The position numbers and the translations under genes were made by a program. Positions 18,298 through 27,524 of a stretch of 52,958 bases of DNA are shown here, piece after piece. How positions within the stretch are numbered: position 1 is the stretch's first letter; each line of letters starts with the position of its first letter. The notes beneath the pieces were generated by a model that saw nothing but the letters and a program-made list of their open reading frames with translations, did no database searches and was not told where the DNA came from. The stretch spans positions 1-52,958 of IMG/VR virus record IMGVR_UViG_3300025134_000002. One strand, 5' to 3'. The stretch is from a virus. Its lineage: Duplodnaviria > Caudoviricetes.

Positions 18298-18476
18298 ACG
18301 GAAATGAGGCTGTGAGCCGAGTGTGGGCGCGCCGAAATGCGGCGGCGTCCCAAGAAACCGATGAAATCCTCCGGTTGTCAAGTAGGCCGCAGTCGCAGAG
18401 CGCGGTAGGGATGCGCTACAAAGCTGAAGCCGCCCGAAGGCGGCTTCGCAACATTCGTCACATTGGCCAATTTTGA

Positions 18477-18836
18477 TCAGTCGCACTCCTCAACGAGTTC
18501 CTCTTCCCATGTCCAGTGACGGATTCCAGGTTCTACCTGCGCCCGCTGAACGTCGACTCGCTTGTAGATCATCGCGCCGAGGCCGAGACTCCGACACCCG
18601 AGCGCTATTTGACTAGCGTGTCGATAGTCGGTGGCATTGAAATGCCGCTCACAATCGCGAGGATCGACATATTCATCGCCGCCTTTCCTCTTCGCCTCTC
18701 CGACCCACGCCGCATCATCGACATAGCTGACGTAGTAGTCGGTTGGGCGATGCGCGAATTGCCATCGGTCTATGAGTTCGGCATACTCAACGCCGCGCTT
18801 GACGCCTTTCTTGGGCTTGACTTCCGTAGCCATCAT
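18477..18836 (-). CDS. hypothetical protein
   Basis: GGAGG RBS; ATGA overlap. Confidence 0.6.
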   Translation of the reverse strand: MMATEVKPKKGVKRGVEYAELIDRWQFAHRPTDYYVSYVDDAAWVGEAKRKGGDEYVDPRDCERHFNATDYRHASQIALGCRSLGLGAMIYKRVDVQRAQVEPGIRHWTWEEELVEECD

Positions 18837-19162
18837 GCCGCCTCCATCCTGAATAACTGATCCCTCATTGTCCGTTCCGTCTCGACTACCTCCAGGACAG
18901 GGTGAGGCGGGATGAGAATCCCGCGCTCGCGGAGGAGCCGTCGAGCGACGCACGCGGCATGCAAACAGGGCGATGGTCGGCCTCTCCAGCCCTTGCAATC
19001 ACAGAGCACGATGTGTCCTCGCGTGTCGAGGTACACGACGTGCTTGGTGCCGGGACACGAGACCGATCGGACGACGTAGAGCCGATCGTTCACCTTCTCT
19101 GCGTGCAACCGATGGCTCAGCGCGCGGTCGCCGGCTCGTTGCCAACTGCTCGGCAGGTTCAC
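18833..19162 (-). CDS. SWIM zinc-finger protein
   Basis: YVVRS..HVV..CDC..CLH; GTGA overlap start. Confidence 0.7.
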   Translation of the reverse strand: MNLPSSWQRAGDRALSHRLHAEKVNDRLYVVRSVSCPGTKHVVYLDTRGHIVLCDCKGWRGRPSPCLHAACVARRLLRERGILIPPHPVLEVVETERTMRDQLFRMEAA

Positions 19163-19593
19163 TGCGTCGCTCCTGCCGTGTCGTATTTGCCGTCCAGCAT
19201 CATCTCGAAATGACGCTCGCGGGCCCTGCTGTATCGCATTCCGTATGTGGCAGCCGCCCGGAATAGCGCTTCGGCTTCGGCGCTGTCCTCGCCGTAGCGC
19301 GCAATCACAGCATCCAATTGGCTCAGGCAACGCTCCTCTCCCTGTCGGTCTCCCTCTACTCGCATCCGCGCGCCTTCGTGAGTCGCCTCGAACCGATCCG
19401 CCAGAATGTCTTCGATCGTCGTCTGAACCTGGGTCCAGACCAACATGCCCGCGCGGTTCTCGTGCTTCTTATCTTCCTCCTTCTCTTTGAGGATCAGGGC
19501 GTACATCTGCCGGAGAGTCGGCGTATCCTCAGAGCGGAGCGCCTCACATCTGGCGGCTAGTTCTTTCTGGATGGCGTCGGGGCTTCGTTTCAT
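19159..19593 (-). CDS. hypothetical helical protein
   Basis: Coupled overlaps at both ends. Confidence 0.6.
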   Translation of the reverse strand: MKRSPDAIQKELAARCEALRSEDTPTLRQMYALILKEKEEDKKHENRAGMLVWTQVQTTIEDILADRFEATHEGARMRVEGDRQGEERCLSQLDAVIARYGEDSAEAEALFRAAATYGMRYSRARERHFEMMLDGKYDTAGATQ

Positions 19594-19790
19594 CGCCATG
19601 TCTCCAAGTTCTCGCACCGATGTCGGAGCGTGCGCTGAACGTTGCCGACCAGTCGGCGATTCTTCTCCCGGAGCTTTGGCACTCCGTCGCGCCGAAAATC
19701 GTCGCGAACGTAGCGAGCGCCACAGCCGTGGCAGACGATCTCGTTTGCCGTCGGATCGAGGTACATCCCGCTGGTTTCCATCTCATGCAT
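19590..19790 (-). CDS. small hypothetical protein
   Basis: CHGC..HRC; coupled overlaps. Confidence 0.5.
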   Translation of the reverse strand: MHEMETSGMYLDPTANEIVCHGCGARYVRDDFRRDGVPKLREKNRRLVGNVQRTLRHRCENLETWR

Positions 19791-20055
19791 CCTTCCTGCA
19801 GACCGGGCACACCCTTGCGTGCCCGCCGCGATTCTTCAGTTGACGTTCGAGCTTGCGCGTTCCCTTCCAGGTACGCACGAGCTGAAATCCGATTCCGGCT
19901 TCCTTGATCACTTCCATGAGCCGGGCTCCGGTTCCGTTGCGGTGGGCGGCCAGCCGGCTATCGAGGTCGCTGGTCCAGCCCAAATAATGTCCTGCATGAC
20001 GATAGGGCCGGTCAAAATGGGTCAGATACACGGTGCCCGTGACGCTGGTCGTCAT
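19783..20055 (-). CDS. small GIY-YIG family nuclease
   Basis: VYLTH..HYLGWTSDLDSRLAAHRNGTGA..LERQLK. Confidence 0.8.
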   Translation of the reverse strand: MTTSVTGTVYLTHFDRPYRHAGHYLGWTSDLDSRLAAHRNGTGARLMEVIKEAGIGFQLVRTWKGTRKLERQLKNRGGHARVCPVCRKDA

Positions 20056-20297
20056 GGTCGTGTCTCTGGACTGATGGTGGCTGCAATTTGGTCGATCACT
20101 GAGCGCACCATCTGTCGCTGGTACATCGGGTAGGTCTGCTGCTGAGCGAGTGTTAGCTCTTGCAGCCACTTGGTTAGTAGCTCCACCGGCACGTCCACAG
20201 TAGCGGACGAGTCATCCTGGCAGACGTTGTCGCCGGTGGTGCCGATCGCTCGGCGCATGTTCTGGTGCCTTCGCTGGTTCGCTTGCCCGCTTCGCAT
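20052..20297 (-). CDS. hypothetical protein
   Basis: AAGGAG RBS; first gene after promoter. Confidence 0.6.
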   Translation of the reverse strand: MRSGQANQRRHQNMRRAIGTTGDNVCQDDSSATVDVPVELLTKWLQELTLAQQQTYPMYQRQMVRSVIDQIAATISPETRP

Positions 20298-20326
20298 CTC
20301 TGACTCCTTGCTCTCTATCTACACTC

Positions 20327-20373
20327 ATCATAGCAGCATAGCGTCATGGTGTCAAATAGAGACGGGAGTATAG
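20327..20373 (-). promoter_or_regulatory. near-consensus sigma70 promoter TTGACA-17-TATGAT with upstream CTATACTCCCGT box
   Basis: -10 at 20327-20332 with TG extension, -35 at 20350-20355, box at 20362-20373. Confidence 0.8.
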
Positions 20374-20438
20374 CGCGCACGGATCGCTTGTAAGGCTAGT
20401 GCTGGCGCGGAATCGGCGAGCGTGTTAACGCGAAGATT

Positions 20439-20627
20439 TCATGACTTGTCAAGTAGTAGGCCAGGCTTGAGGCAGCGTGCCAGCACTGCCACGAGTTCGG
20501 CGTTGATGCTCCGCTCATGCTCCTGAGAACCATGTACGAGCGCCTCCATCATCCACCGCGGGATACGCGCGTTGAGCCGCTCTACTTCCTCGCCCGATGC
20601 GAGTCGGTACTGTTTGCGAACTGGCAT
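20439..20627 (-). CDS. Arc-like ribbon-helix-helix regulator
   Basis: LNARIPRWMMEAL..RSINAELVAVL; TATAAT and GGAGGAGG upstream. Confidence 0.75.
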   Translation of the reverse strand: MPVRKQYRLASGEEVERLNARIPRWMMEALVHGSQEHERSINAELVAVLARCLKPGLLLDKS

Positions 20628-20674
20628 AGTCCTACCTCCTCCCTTCATTATACGCGCCTTTGCGTCATCGCGCT

Positions 20675-20747
20675 ATGTCCCTGTGATAATTTCGTTGTCC
20701 CCTTTTCGCCCCATGTCCCCGAAAAGTGTGTTATCGATAGAGTAGCG
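20675..20747 (+). promoter_or_regulatory. late promoter motif copy 2, head of packaging/structural operon
   Basis: Three TGTCCC repeats; matches 14993-15046. Confidence 0.7.
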
Positions 20748-20758
20748 GGAGCTCAGGG

Positions 20759-20968
20759 ATGCCGCATGGCTCGTTCTACTGCATAGCGTGTAAGCGGGCC
20801 TTCGAGGCCCTCGGTCCGAGCGCTCAGATGGTCTTGACCCACCGTTGCCCGCAGTGTGGCGATGCCATGGCGCTGCGCGGCCTCACTGGCGGTTGCTTCC
20901 TGCAGGAAGAGTTCAGCGGGCCCGAGGGGTTCAATCCGAACCAGTTCGCGGCCCTGATACCGCAGTAG
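20759..20968 (+). CDS. small Zn-ribbon protein
   Basis: CIAC..CPQCG. Confidence 0.55.
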   Translation: MPHGSFYCIACKRAFEALGPSAQMVLTHRCPQCGDAMALRGLTGGCFLQEEFSGPEGFNPNQFAALIPQ

Positions 20969-20978
20969 ACGGCGATCG

Positions 20979-21356
20979 GTGGCTGTCTATCGCGCTGTCC
21001 TGCCGCTTCCCCCTAGCGTCAATCACATGTATGCTCGCCAAAGGCGCGGCGTCTACCTAACGCCGAAGGCTCGGCAGTGGTGGAGTGACGCGCTGATCGT
21101 GCTCCGGCAAGCGGGCTTTCATCCGCTTCCTGTCGGTCGATATCGCGTGTCACTCGAATTGCATTTCTACCTCGCGTACCGATCTGATGCCAGTAATCGA
21201 ATCAAGTTCGCTGAGGATGCCATCGCGGGAAGTCTAGGGCTGAATGATCGCGACGTATTCGATGGGCGCTGGCACAAGACTGTGACACCGAGGATCAAGG
21301 ACCGTCGTCTGGAGTTGTCCTGTACGGTTGTCCCAGTGGAGGCTCCACGTGGCTGA
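20979..21356 (+). CDS. rusA: RusA-like Holliday junction resolvase
   Basis: LPLPPSVNHMY..DASNRIKFAEDAI..NDRDV. Confidence 0.85.
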   Translation: MAVYRAVLPLPPSVNHMYARQRRGVYLTPKARQWWSDALIVLRQAGFHPLPVGRYRVSLELHFYLAYRSDASNRIKFAEDAIAGSLGLNDRDVFDGRWHKTVTPRIKDRRLELSCTVVPVEAPRG

Positions 21357-21882
21357 AAAGAATGATACGGCACATATCCGCGATCTCAAGCCTGATCCGA
21401 CGAATGCCCGTCGCCACAACGCCAGAAATATCGGTACCATCGTAGACAGCCTGCACGAGGTGGGCGCCGCCCGATCCGTGGTGGTGGATGAGGATCTGAA
21501 AATCCTCGCCGGCCATGGGACGATTGACGGAGCTGCGGAGGCCGGCATTACCCGCGTCAAGATCGTGGACGCGGATGGAGAAGAGATTGTCGCCGTCCGC
21601 CGGCGCGGACTGACGCCGGAGCAGAAGAAAAGACTCGCCTACTTCGACAATCGAGCAAATGAGCTGTCGGACTGGGATCCTGCACAGTTAGCGCTCGACG
21701 TATCTGCCGGCCTGTCGCTGGACGGCCTCTTCTATGAGAACGAGCTAGCGGACATACTGGCGGGTGTCGAGACGAACGGCGACGTTCTGTCACCTGAAGA
21801 CTTTCCGTCATACGGTGAAGATATTGAAACGGAGTATCGCTGCCCGTCTTGCGCTTACGAGTGGTCCGGCAAGCCGAAATGA
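21349..21882 (+). CDS. ParB-like N-terminal domain protein with C-terminal Zn ribbon
   Basis: LKPDPTNARRH..ILAGHG..DNRANELSDWD; CPSCAYEW. Confidence 0.85.
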   Translation: MAEKNDTAHIRDLKPDPTNARRHNARNIGTIVDSLHEVGAARSVVVDEDLKILAGHGTIDGAAEAGITRVKIVDADGEEIVAVRRRGLTPEQKKRLAYFDNRANELSDWDPAQLALDVSAGLSLDGLFYENELADILAGVETNGDVLSPEDFPSYGEDIETEYRCPSCAYEWSGKPK

Positions 21883-21912
21883 CGCTCTGGTTTTGTTGAC
21901 AAAACCAGAGCG
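21883..21912. repeat. 30-bp palindrome (14-bp perfect arms, 2-nt centre)
   Basis: CGCTCTGGTTTTGT-TG-ACAAAACCAGAGCG. Confidence 0.9.
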
Positions 21913-21953
21913 GATACTATCGCGGTGAAGTTCGGCGCGTCAATCTTGATCAG

Positions 21954-23189
21954 ATGCCGTTGCCGACGCTTATGGCCGTTGGAATCGGCGGCGACAATAC
22001 TTCGCACTACTGGCTGGAAGAGGATGCAGGCGTGAGTGCTGCTCAGATTGATAAGCCGCCGTATCGCGTGCCGACTATGGCAGATATCAACGCGATTCCG
22101 TGGAACGGCCTGAACGTCGTCAGCCTCTTCGCCGGAGGCGGTGGCTCAACGACCGGTTATCGCATGGCTGGGTGCCGCGTGCTATGGGCGAATGAATGGA
22201 TCAAAGCAGCACGTGAGACATATGCCGCTAATCATCCGTCAACGGTCCTCGATGCGCGAGATATTCACGATTTGGATGCGGATGATATTTTTGCCGCAAT
22301 TGGTCTAAAGGAAGGAGAACTCGATATTCTCGATGGTTCGCCGCCATGCCAATCATTCTCTATGGCCGGTCAGCGCGAGCGCGGTTGGAACAAGAAGCGA
22401 GATTACGGTGACGGTCATGAACAGCGCAATACGGATCTGTTCTTTGAATACGCGCGGATTTTACGTGATCTTCATCCGAAGGTCTTTATTGCTGAGAACG
22501 TGTCCGGGCTGATACGAGGTATCGCGAAAGGCTACTTCAAGAAGATCCTGCAAACGCTGAAAGAGTGCGGTTATCGTGTCGAAGCGAGACTGCTGGATGC
22601 TCAGTGGCTTGGGGTGCCACAGCACCGTGAGCGCATTATCTTTGTTGGCGTGCGGAATGGCTTGGATGCGCGGCCGGCATTTCCGAGGCCGCTGTCCTAT
22701 CGCTATAGCATGCGTGATGCTTTGGGCGTAGCTCTTCGGACGAAGAGCTACAGTACTAACGGATGGATTGAAGGAGATGCTGCTGCTGCGACGGTCGTAA
22801 GGAGCGATAGGTATTGGACGGATCGTCTCATAAATGACAGTAGCGGCTTTATGCGGAACAAGGACATGACAGATGGATATGATCCGCCTACGGTGTCAGC
22901 AAGAGTCGGTTCGCAGTTTCACAGACGGACTGTGGAACTAGATGATGCGTGTAATACGATTGCCGCGAACGGTACGATGCAACGCTTTGAGGTTGATGAA
23001 CTGAAGTTGCCGCTAGAACGACGAAAGCTGACCATCGCTGAGCTGAGGCGCATCTGTTCCTTTCCTGATGATTATGTGCTGACCGGTTCGTATACTGAGC
23101 AATGGGCGCGTTGCGGTGATGCCGTGCCGCCGGTCATGATGTCGCATATCGCCGCAACCGTGCGTGATAGCATCTTTGCAAGGCTCTAA
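21954..23189 (+). CDS. C5 cytosine DNA methyltransferase (start may be GTG 22032)
   Basis: SLFAGGGG, GSPPCQSFS, ENVSG, PQHRERI, GDAVPP. Confidence 0.93.
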   Translation: MPLPTLMAVGIGGDNTSHYWLEEDAGVSAAQIDKPPYRVPTMADINAIPWNGLNVVSLFAGGGGSTTGYRMAGCRVLWANEWIKAARETYAANHPSTVLDARDIHDLDADDIFAAIGLKEGELDILDGSPPCQSFSMAGQRERGWNKKRDYGDGHEQRNTDLFFEYARILRDLHPKVFIAENVSGLIRGIAKGYFKKILQTLKECGYRVEARLLDAQWLGVPQHRERIIFVGVRNGLDARPAFPRPLSYRYSMRDALGVALRTKSYSTNGWIEGDAAAATVVRSDRYWTDRLINDSSGFMRNKDMTDGYDPPTVSARVGSQFHRRTVELDDACNTIAANGTMQRFEVDELKLPLERRKLTIAELRRICSFPDDYVLTGSYTEQWARCGDAVPPVMMSHIAATVRDSIFARL

Positions 23190-23193
23190 GCTC

Positions 23194-23814
23194 ATGTCCT
23201 CAAAGCCGAAGAAGGAGTCAAGCAAGGCGCTCTCCATGTTCGATTTGTATCGGGACATGGGGAACAACAGAAGTACAGCAAAACTACAGCAAGAACTGGG
23301 TCGACCAAAGTCGTATAAGCGGCAATTGGACGAGTGGTCACGTCTCCATAACTGGGTTGCTCGCGCCAAGACCCACGATCAGGCCATCTCCGATGCCGCT
23401 GCTGAGGCGGACAAGCAGGCGCGGATCGAAGAGAAAGAGAAGCTTCGCACCGAGCGACTACAGGATGATCGACTCATCCGGCAGGTAGCGCGTGAGGTAC
23501 TGGTAGACCGCGCTACGCGCAAAGTCAAGCGCGTCGTCGGTACACGTGGCGACAGACTTGCTAAGGACGAAATCACGGCACGCATGTTTGAAGTCGCGGT
23601 CAGTGGCCTTCGGACTGCGGGCGATGAGGAACGCAAGGATACAGGCGAGGCGACCAACCGGCTGGAACTCTCCGGACCTGGCGGTGCGCCGATTCCGATG
23701 AGCGGTGAGCACAGAGTTGATCTGAGTGGGTACACCAATGATGAACTCCGCGACTTTATTACCCGCACTGGTGGAAGCGGCGAAGGCGGAGCTCGCGTAC
23801 CGCAATCTCCTTGA
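23194..23814 (+). CDS. terS: terminase small subunit
   Basis: FDLYRDMG..RS..WSRLHNWVARA and LELSGPGGAPI..DLSGYTNDEL patterns; directly upstream of TerL. Confidence 0.7.
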   Translation: MSSKPKKESSKALSMFDLYRDMGNNRSTAKLQQELGRPKSYKRQLDEWSRLHNWVARAKTHDQAISDAAAEADKQARIEEKEKLRTERLQDDRLIRQVAREVLVDRATRKVKRVVGTRGDRLAKDEITARMFEVAVSGLRTAGDEERKDTGEATNRLELSGPGGAPIPMSGEHRVDLSGYTNDELRDFITRTGGSGEGGARVPQSP

Positions 23815-25198
23815 CTTCTGCCGCGCGGTCTATCCCAACTTTCAGTCCGCGCGTCATCATATCGCGATCATTGATGCGCTCGAAGCCGTTGAGCGCGGAG
23901 ACATCCGGCGGCTACTGCTCGAGTTACCGCCGCGTCATGGGAAGAGCACGCTTGCCTCGCATCTCTTTCCCTCCTGGTACCTCGGACGGAATCCGGATCG
24001 GCGCGTCATCGCGTGCTCCTACTCCGTCGACCTCTCGTTCGACCTCTCGCGCAAGGCTCGGAATCTCCTCTCCTCGCCGGAGTATGCGGCAATCTTTCCG
24101 AACGTGCGCCTGGCACCCGACCCGCGATCCGTAGGTCAGTGGAATCTCTGCGAGCCTCATCTCGGAGGATATGTCTCCGCCGGCGTGGGAGGGGGGATAA
24201 CCGGTCGCGGCGCACATCTCTTGCTTATTGACGATCCTCTGAAGAATGCAGAGGAAGCTGCATCGTCCACCATCCTCGATGCGCACTGGAACTGGTATAC
24301 GAGTACGGCCTATACGCGGCTTGAGGGCGAGGGCGCTGTCATCCTGATCACAACCCGCTGGAGCGAAGCTGACCTCGCGGGTCGCCTACTACGCGCTCAA
24401 GCGGAAGGCGGTGATCAGTGGCATGTGGTGCATCTGCCGGCCCTAGCAGAAGAAAATGACCAGCTTGGCCGAGCGGTCGATGAGGCACTCTGGCCAGAGA
24501 AGTACGATGAGGGCGCGCTCGCACGAATTCGCGCCGTCATAGGCCCGCGTGACTTCGCCGCGCTCTATCAGCAGCGGCCGTCACCACCCGCTGGGACGAT
24601 CTTCCTACGCGAGTGGTGGAAGCGATTTGCCACGTTCGATCGTTCTCAAGCCCAGCAGATTATCCAAGTATGGGACACCGCATTTCAGGCGAAGCAGACG
24701 AATGACTATAGTGTCTGTTCGACGTGGGCTCAGACTTCAAGCGGGGTCTATATCTTGGATGTCTTCCGCGAGCGCGTTGAGTTTCCCGAGCTCGTCCGCG
24801 TCGCCAAAGACCTCTACGCCAGATGGAATCCCGTGGCTGTCGCCATTGAGAATCGTGCGAGCGGTCAGTCTCTGATTCAGACGCTTCGCCGTGAGACGGA
24901 CATTCCGGTCATCGCGGCTCCCGCTGATACGGATAAAGTGTCTCGCGCGACGGCAGTCACGCCCTATGTGGAATCTGGCCGCGTCTTTCTTCCCGAGTCG
25001 GCGCCGTGGGTAGCCGAGTGGATTGAAGAACATGCGTCATTCCCGATGGGCGCGCACGACGATCAGGTAGATACGAGCAGCATCGCGCTCAAGCGCCTCT
25101 TTGGCGATCTCCGCGCCTTCCGGCCAGAAGATATAGCACGAGCTGCGTCAGATGAGCTGGAGCGCGCTGATTGGCTCCTGGATGGTGAGGCGTCGTGA
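23738..25198 (+). CDS. terL: terminase large subunit
   Basis: PPRHGKS Walker A, LLLIDDPLK Walker B, ITTRW, WDTA, HDDQVD. Confidence 0.95.
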   Translation: MMNSATLLPALVEAAKAELAYRNLLDFCRAVYPNFQSARHHIAIIDALEAVERGDIRRLLLELPPRHGKSTLASHLFPSWYLGRNPDRRVIACSYSVDLSFDLSRKARNLLSSPEYAAIFPNVRLAPDPRSVGQWNLCEPHLGGYVSAGVGGGITGRGAHLLLIDDPLKNAEEAASSTILDAHWNWYTSTAYTRLEGEGAVILITTRWSEADLAGRLLRAQAEGGDQWHVVHLPALAEENDQLGRAVDEALWPEKYDEGALARIRAVIGPRDFAALYQQRPSPPAGTIFLREWWKRFATFDRSQAQQIIQVWDTAFQAKQTNDYSVCSTWAQTSSGVYILDVFRERVEFPELVRVAKDLYARWNPVAVAIENRASGQSLIQTLRRETDIPVIAAPADTDKVSRATAVTPYVESGRVFLPESAPWVAEWIEEHASFPMGAHDDQVDTSSIALKRLFGDLRAFRPEDIARAASDELERADWLLDGEAS

Positions 25199-25884
25199 TC
25201 AACATTGACGAGCTTGCCGACGGCAGATTTATCCTCCCTCCTCCTCCGCCGAAGCCTCCGAAGATGACGGTCCTTGGCATTGCCTGCGGCGACCACGCGA
25301 CGGCCCCAGCGTTCTGTGCCGTGCGTCTCGATGCGACGCTTCTCTCGCCCGGCGATCTGCTCTTTGGCGAGAACCCCATCTTTGAGACGCACTATACGGT
25401 GCTCCTGTCCGAACTACTACCGATCGGTACAGCGTATCCCGCCGTCGCTCTGCGCACCAATATCCTGGCGCGCCGCCTGTACAGCCACGATGACCGTGGT
25501 GACTATCATGCGGTGGTGGATGCTTCCGGCATTGGTCGTCCGGTCGTCGCCGCAATCCGTGATTCCGTCGTCCCTCAGTGCCATATCACCGGCGTGACAA
25601 TCAGCTCCGGCGATGCCGGCGACGATTCGCTCTTGTGGCGGAATGAAGCGAAGATCGGGCTCGCCTACCTCATCAGTCGGCTACAGGCTATCCTCGGTGG
25701 TGGCCGCCTCCATGCCATCAAGGATGCGGGCACGGGCGCGCTCTTTGCTTCGCTCGCCGACTATGACATGACGACCGATCGCGGGCCGGATCTGGTGCGC
25801 GCACTCGCTCTGGCGTGTGTTTGCGACTATCAGCCCGTCAGATATTCGATCCCGCCTGATAGCCTACCGTCGGCGCGCATATAA
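25195..25884 (+). CDS. stand-alone terminase-nuclease-like (RNase H fold) protein, acidic residues degenerate
   Basis: LPIGTAYPAV..VVDASGIGRPVV..LISRLQ..DLVRALALA. Confidence 0.55.
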   Translation: MINIDELADGRFILPPPPPKPPKMTVLGIACGDHATAPAFCAVRLDATLLSPGDLLFGENPIFETHYTVLLSELLPIGTAYPAVALRTNILARRLYSHDDRGDYHAVVDASGIGRPVVAAIRDSVVPQCHITGVTISSGDAGDDSLLWRNEAKIGLAYLISRLQAILGGGRLHAIKDAGTGALFASLADYDMTTDRGPDLVRALALACVCDYQPVRYSIPPDSLPSARI

Positions 25885-25894
25885 AGGAGGCCTC

Positions 25895-27286
25895 ATGTCC
25901 GATCTCGATTCAGTCGGTCAATTCGCCGATCACGAGCGCGCGAGTATCCATCTGCGCGCGCTCCGCGCCTACTCCGGCCATCCGCAAAATCCGCTCCAGA
26001 TTCGAAACGGCATTGACGACAACCTCATCATCTCACTGGCGCGCCTCGTCGTGGACAAGGGCGCCTCATTCCTGTTCGGCCAGCCGGTTACATCTGAACT
26101 CACCGGCGATCAGCCTGAGCCGAAACAAGACTGGTTAAACGAGTGCTGGCGCCGCAACAAACGCCAGATCACCCTCTTGAAGCTCGCGACCAACGGCGGC
26201 ATCTTCGGTCATGCGTTCGCGCGCCTGATCGATGTGAATCCCTATCCGCGCGTCATCATCGTTGACCCGCAGACGGTGCAGGTGCTGACTGATCCAGACG
26301 ACTGCGACACGCCGTGGAAGTTCACGATTACGCCTCCGCCCGCGCCGGTCGAGCAGGGAGACCAGCCGATCAAGCGCCGGACGATCATTGCGAACCCGTC
26401 CGGTATAGCCGGCTATCGCGTGGACGCAGACGAGCCGTGGACGATCATCGATCAGCAGGTCGGTGGCGGCGCGTGGGTCAACGTCGCGCAAACCACCTGG
26501 CCGTACCCGTTCTGCCCCATCGTCCATTGTCAGAATATCCCCAAGCCCAACGATTTCTGGGGCGAGAGCGATCTACCGGAAGATGTCCTCAAGATCCTGA
26601 ACGGCATCAATCGTATTGCATCGAACTACGGAAAAATTGTTCGTCTGCACGCGCACCCGAAAATCTATACGACGGGCATGGGTAAGGCGACGATCGATGC
26701 TGCCATTGATAGCATCATCATGTTACCTTCCGAGACCGCGCAACTGCGCGCCCTCGAAATGCAGTCGGATCTTTCGAGTACCATGGCGCTGCTGGAGAAG
26801 CTCCTATCCCTCCTCTCATACATGGTCCGCATTCCGCTGGTTGCTATGGGTGAACCGGATAATCTCGGAGCCATCAGCGGCGTCGCGCTCCAGATTCGCT
26901 ATCAGCCGCTGATCGAGAAGACGGAGGCGAAACGGTTGACCTACGGTGATGCGCTAGTCGAGCTCGACCGCTGCCTACTTGCCATGGCGGTCGGCCGCGA
27001 CTTCGGAGATGCGGCCATCACCCATCTGACGTGGCCGGAACTCCTCCCATCGGATCCACTGCAGGAGCGGCAGGTAGCGCTGATCGATGATGAGATGCAG
27101 ATTGCGAGCAAAGAAACGCTGGCAAAGAAACTGGGGTACAGCCTCTCCGAAGAGCAGGCAAAGCGCATCACCGAGAATCAATCAATGATTGCCGGCGGAT
27201 TGACGCCTGATCCGATGCTCCAGAAGGAAGAAGGCAAGCTTGAACCCGTCGCTGATACTGGCGGGAAAGCGCAGGTTAGCCAGTAG
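25895..27286 (+). CDS. portal protein, SPP1 gp6-like
   Basis: Position; NLIISLARLVVDKGASFLFG, PIVH..FWGESDL, SGVALQI; AAGGAGG RBS. Confidence 0.88.
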   Translation: MSDLDSVGQFADHERASIHLRALRAYSGHPQNPLQIRNGIDDNLIISLARLVVDKGASFLFGQPVTSELTGDQPEPKQDWLNECWRRNKRQITLLKLATNGGIFGHAFARLIDVNPYPRVIIVDPQTVQVLTDPDDCDTPWKFTITPPPAPVEQGDQPIKRRTIIANPSGIAGYRVDADEPWTIIDQQVGGGAWVNVAQTTWPYPFCPIVHCQNIPKPNDFWGESDLPEDVLKILNGINRIASNYGKIVRLHAHPKIYTTGMGKATIDAAIDSIIMLPSETAQLRALEMQSDLSSTMALLEKLLSLLSYMVRIPLVAMGEPDNLGAISGVALQIRYQPLIEKTEAKRLTYGDALVELDRCLLAMAVGRDFGDAAITHLTWPELLPSDPLQERQVALIDDEMQIASKETLAKKLGYSLSEEQAKRITENQSMIAGGLTPDPMLQKEEGKLEPVADTGGKAQVSQ

Positions 27287-27293
27287 GAGCCCT

Positions 27294-27476
27294 ATGAACA
27301 TCACCGAACAGGAGATTCTGCGTATCCGACTCCGCGCAGCGCATCTCGAGTATGAGGCGTCGAAGCTTCGCCTCGACACCGCGCGGCACGAGTCTGAATC
27401 AGCGCAGCGCACCCTGGCCATGGCCGATGCCGTGGCCTCAGCGATGTACAAGCGAGAGATGGGGCCGCAGAACTGA
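27294..27476 (+). CDS. small coiled-coil protein
   Basis: AGGAG RBS. Confidence 0.5.
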   Translation: MNITEQEILRIRLRAAHLEYEASKLRLDTARHESESAQRTLAMADAVASAMYKREMGPQN

Positions 27477-27524
27477 CTAGGCCTCCGCCAATCTCACCAA
27501 GGTTGAGTCTTTGGAGAACCGTCG

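Noticed and set aside
21896-21920. TTGACA..TACTAT promoter for the methylase
   Set aside because: Spacer is only 13 nt.
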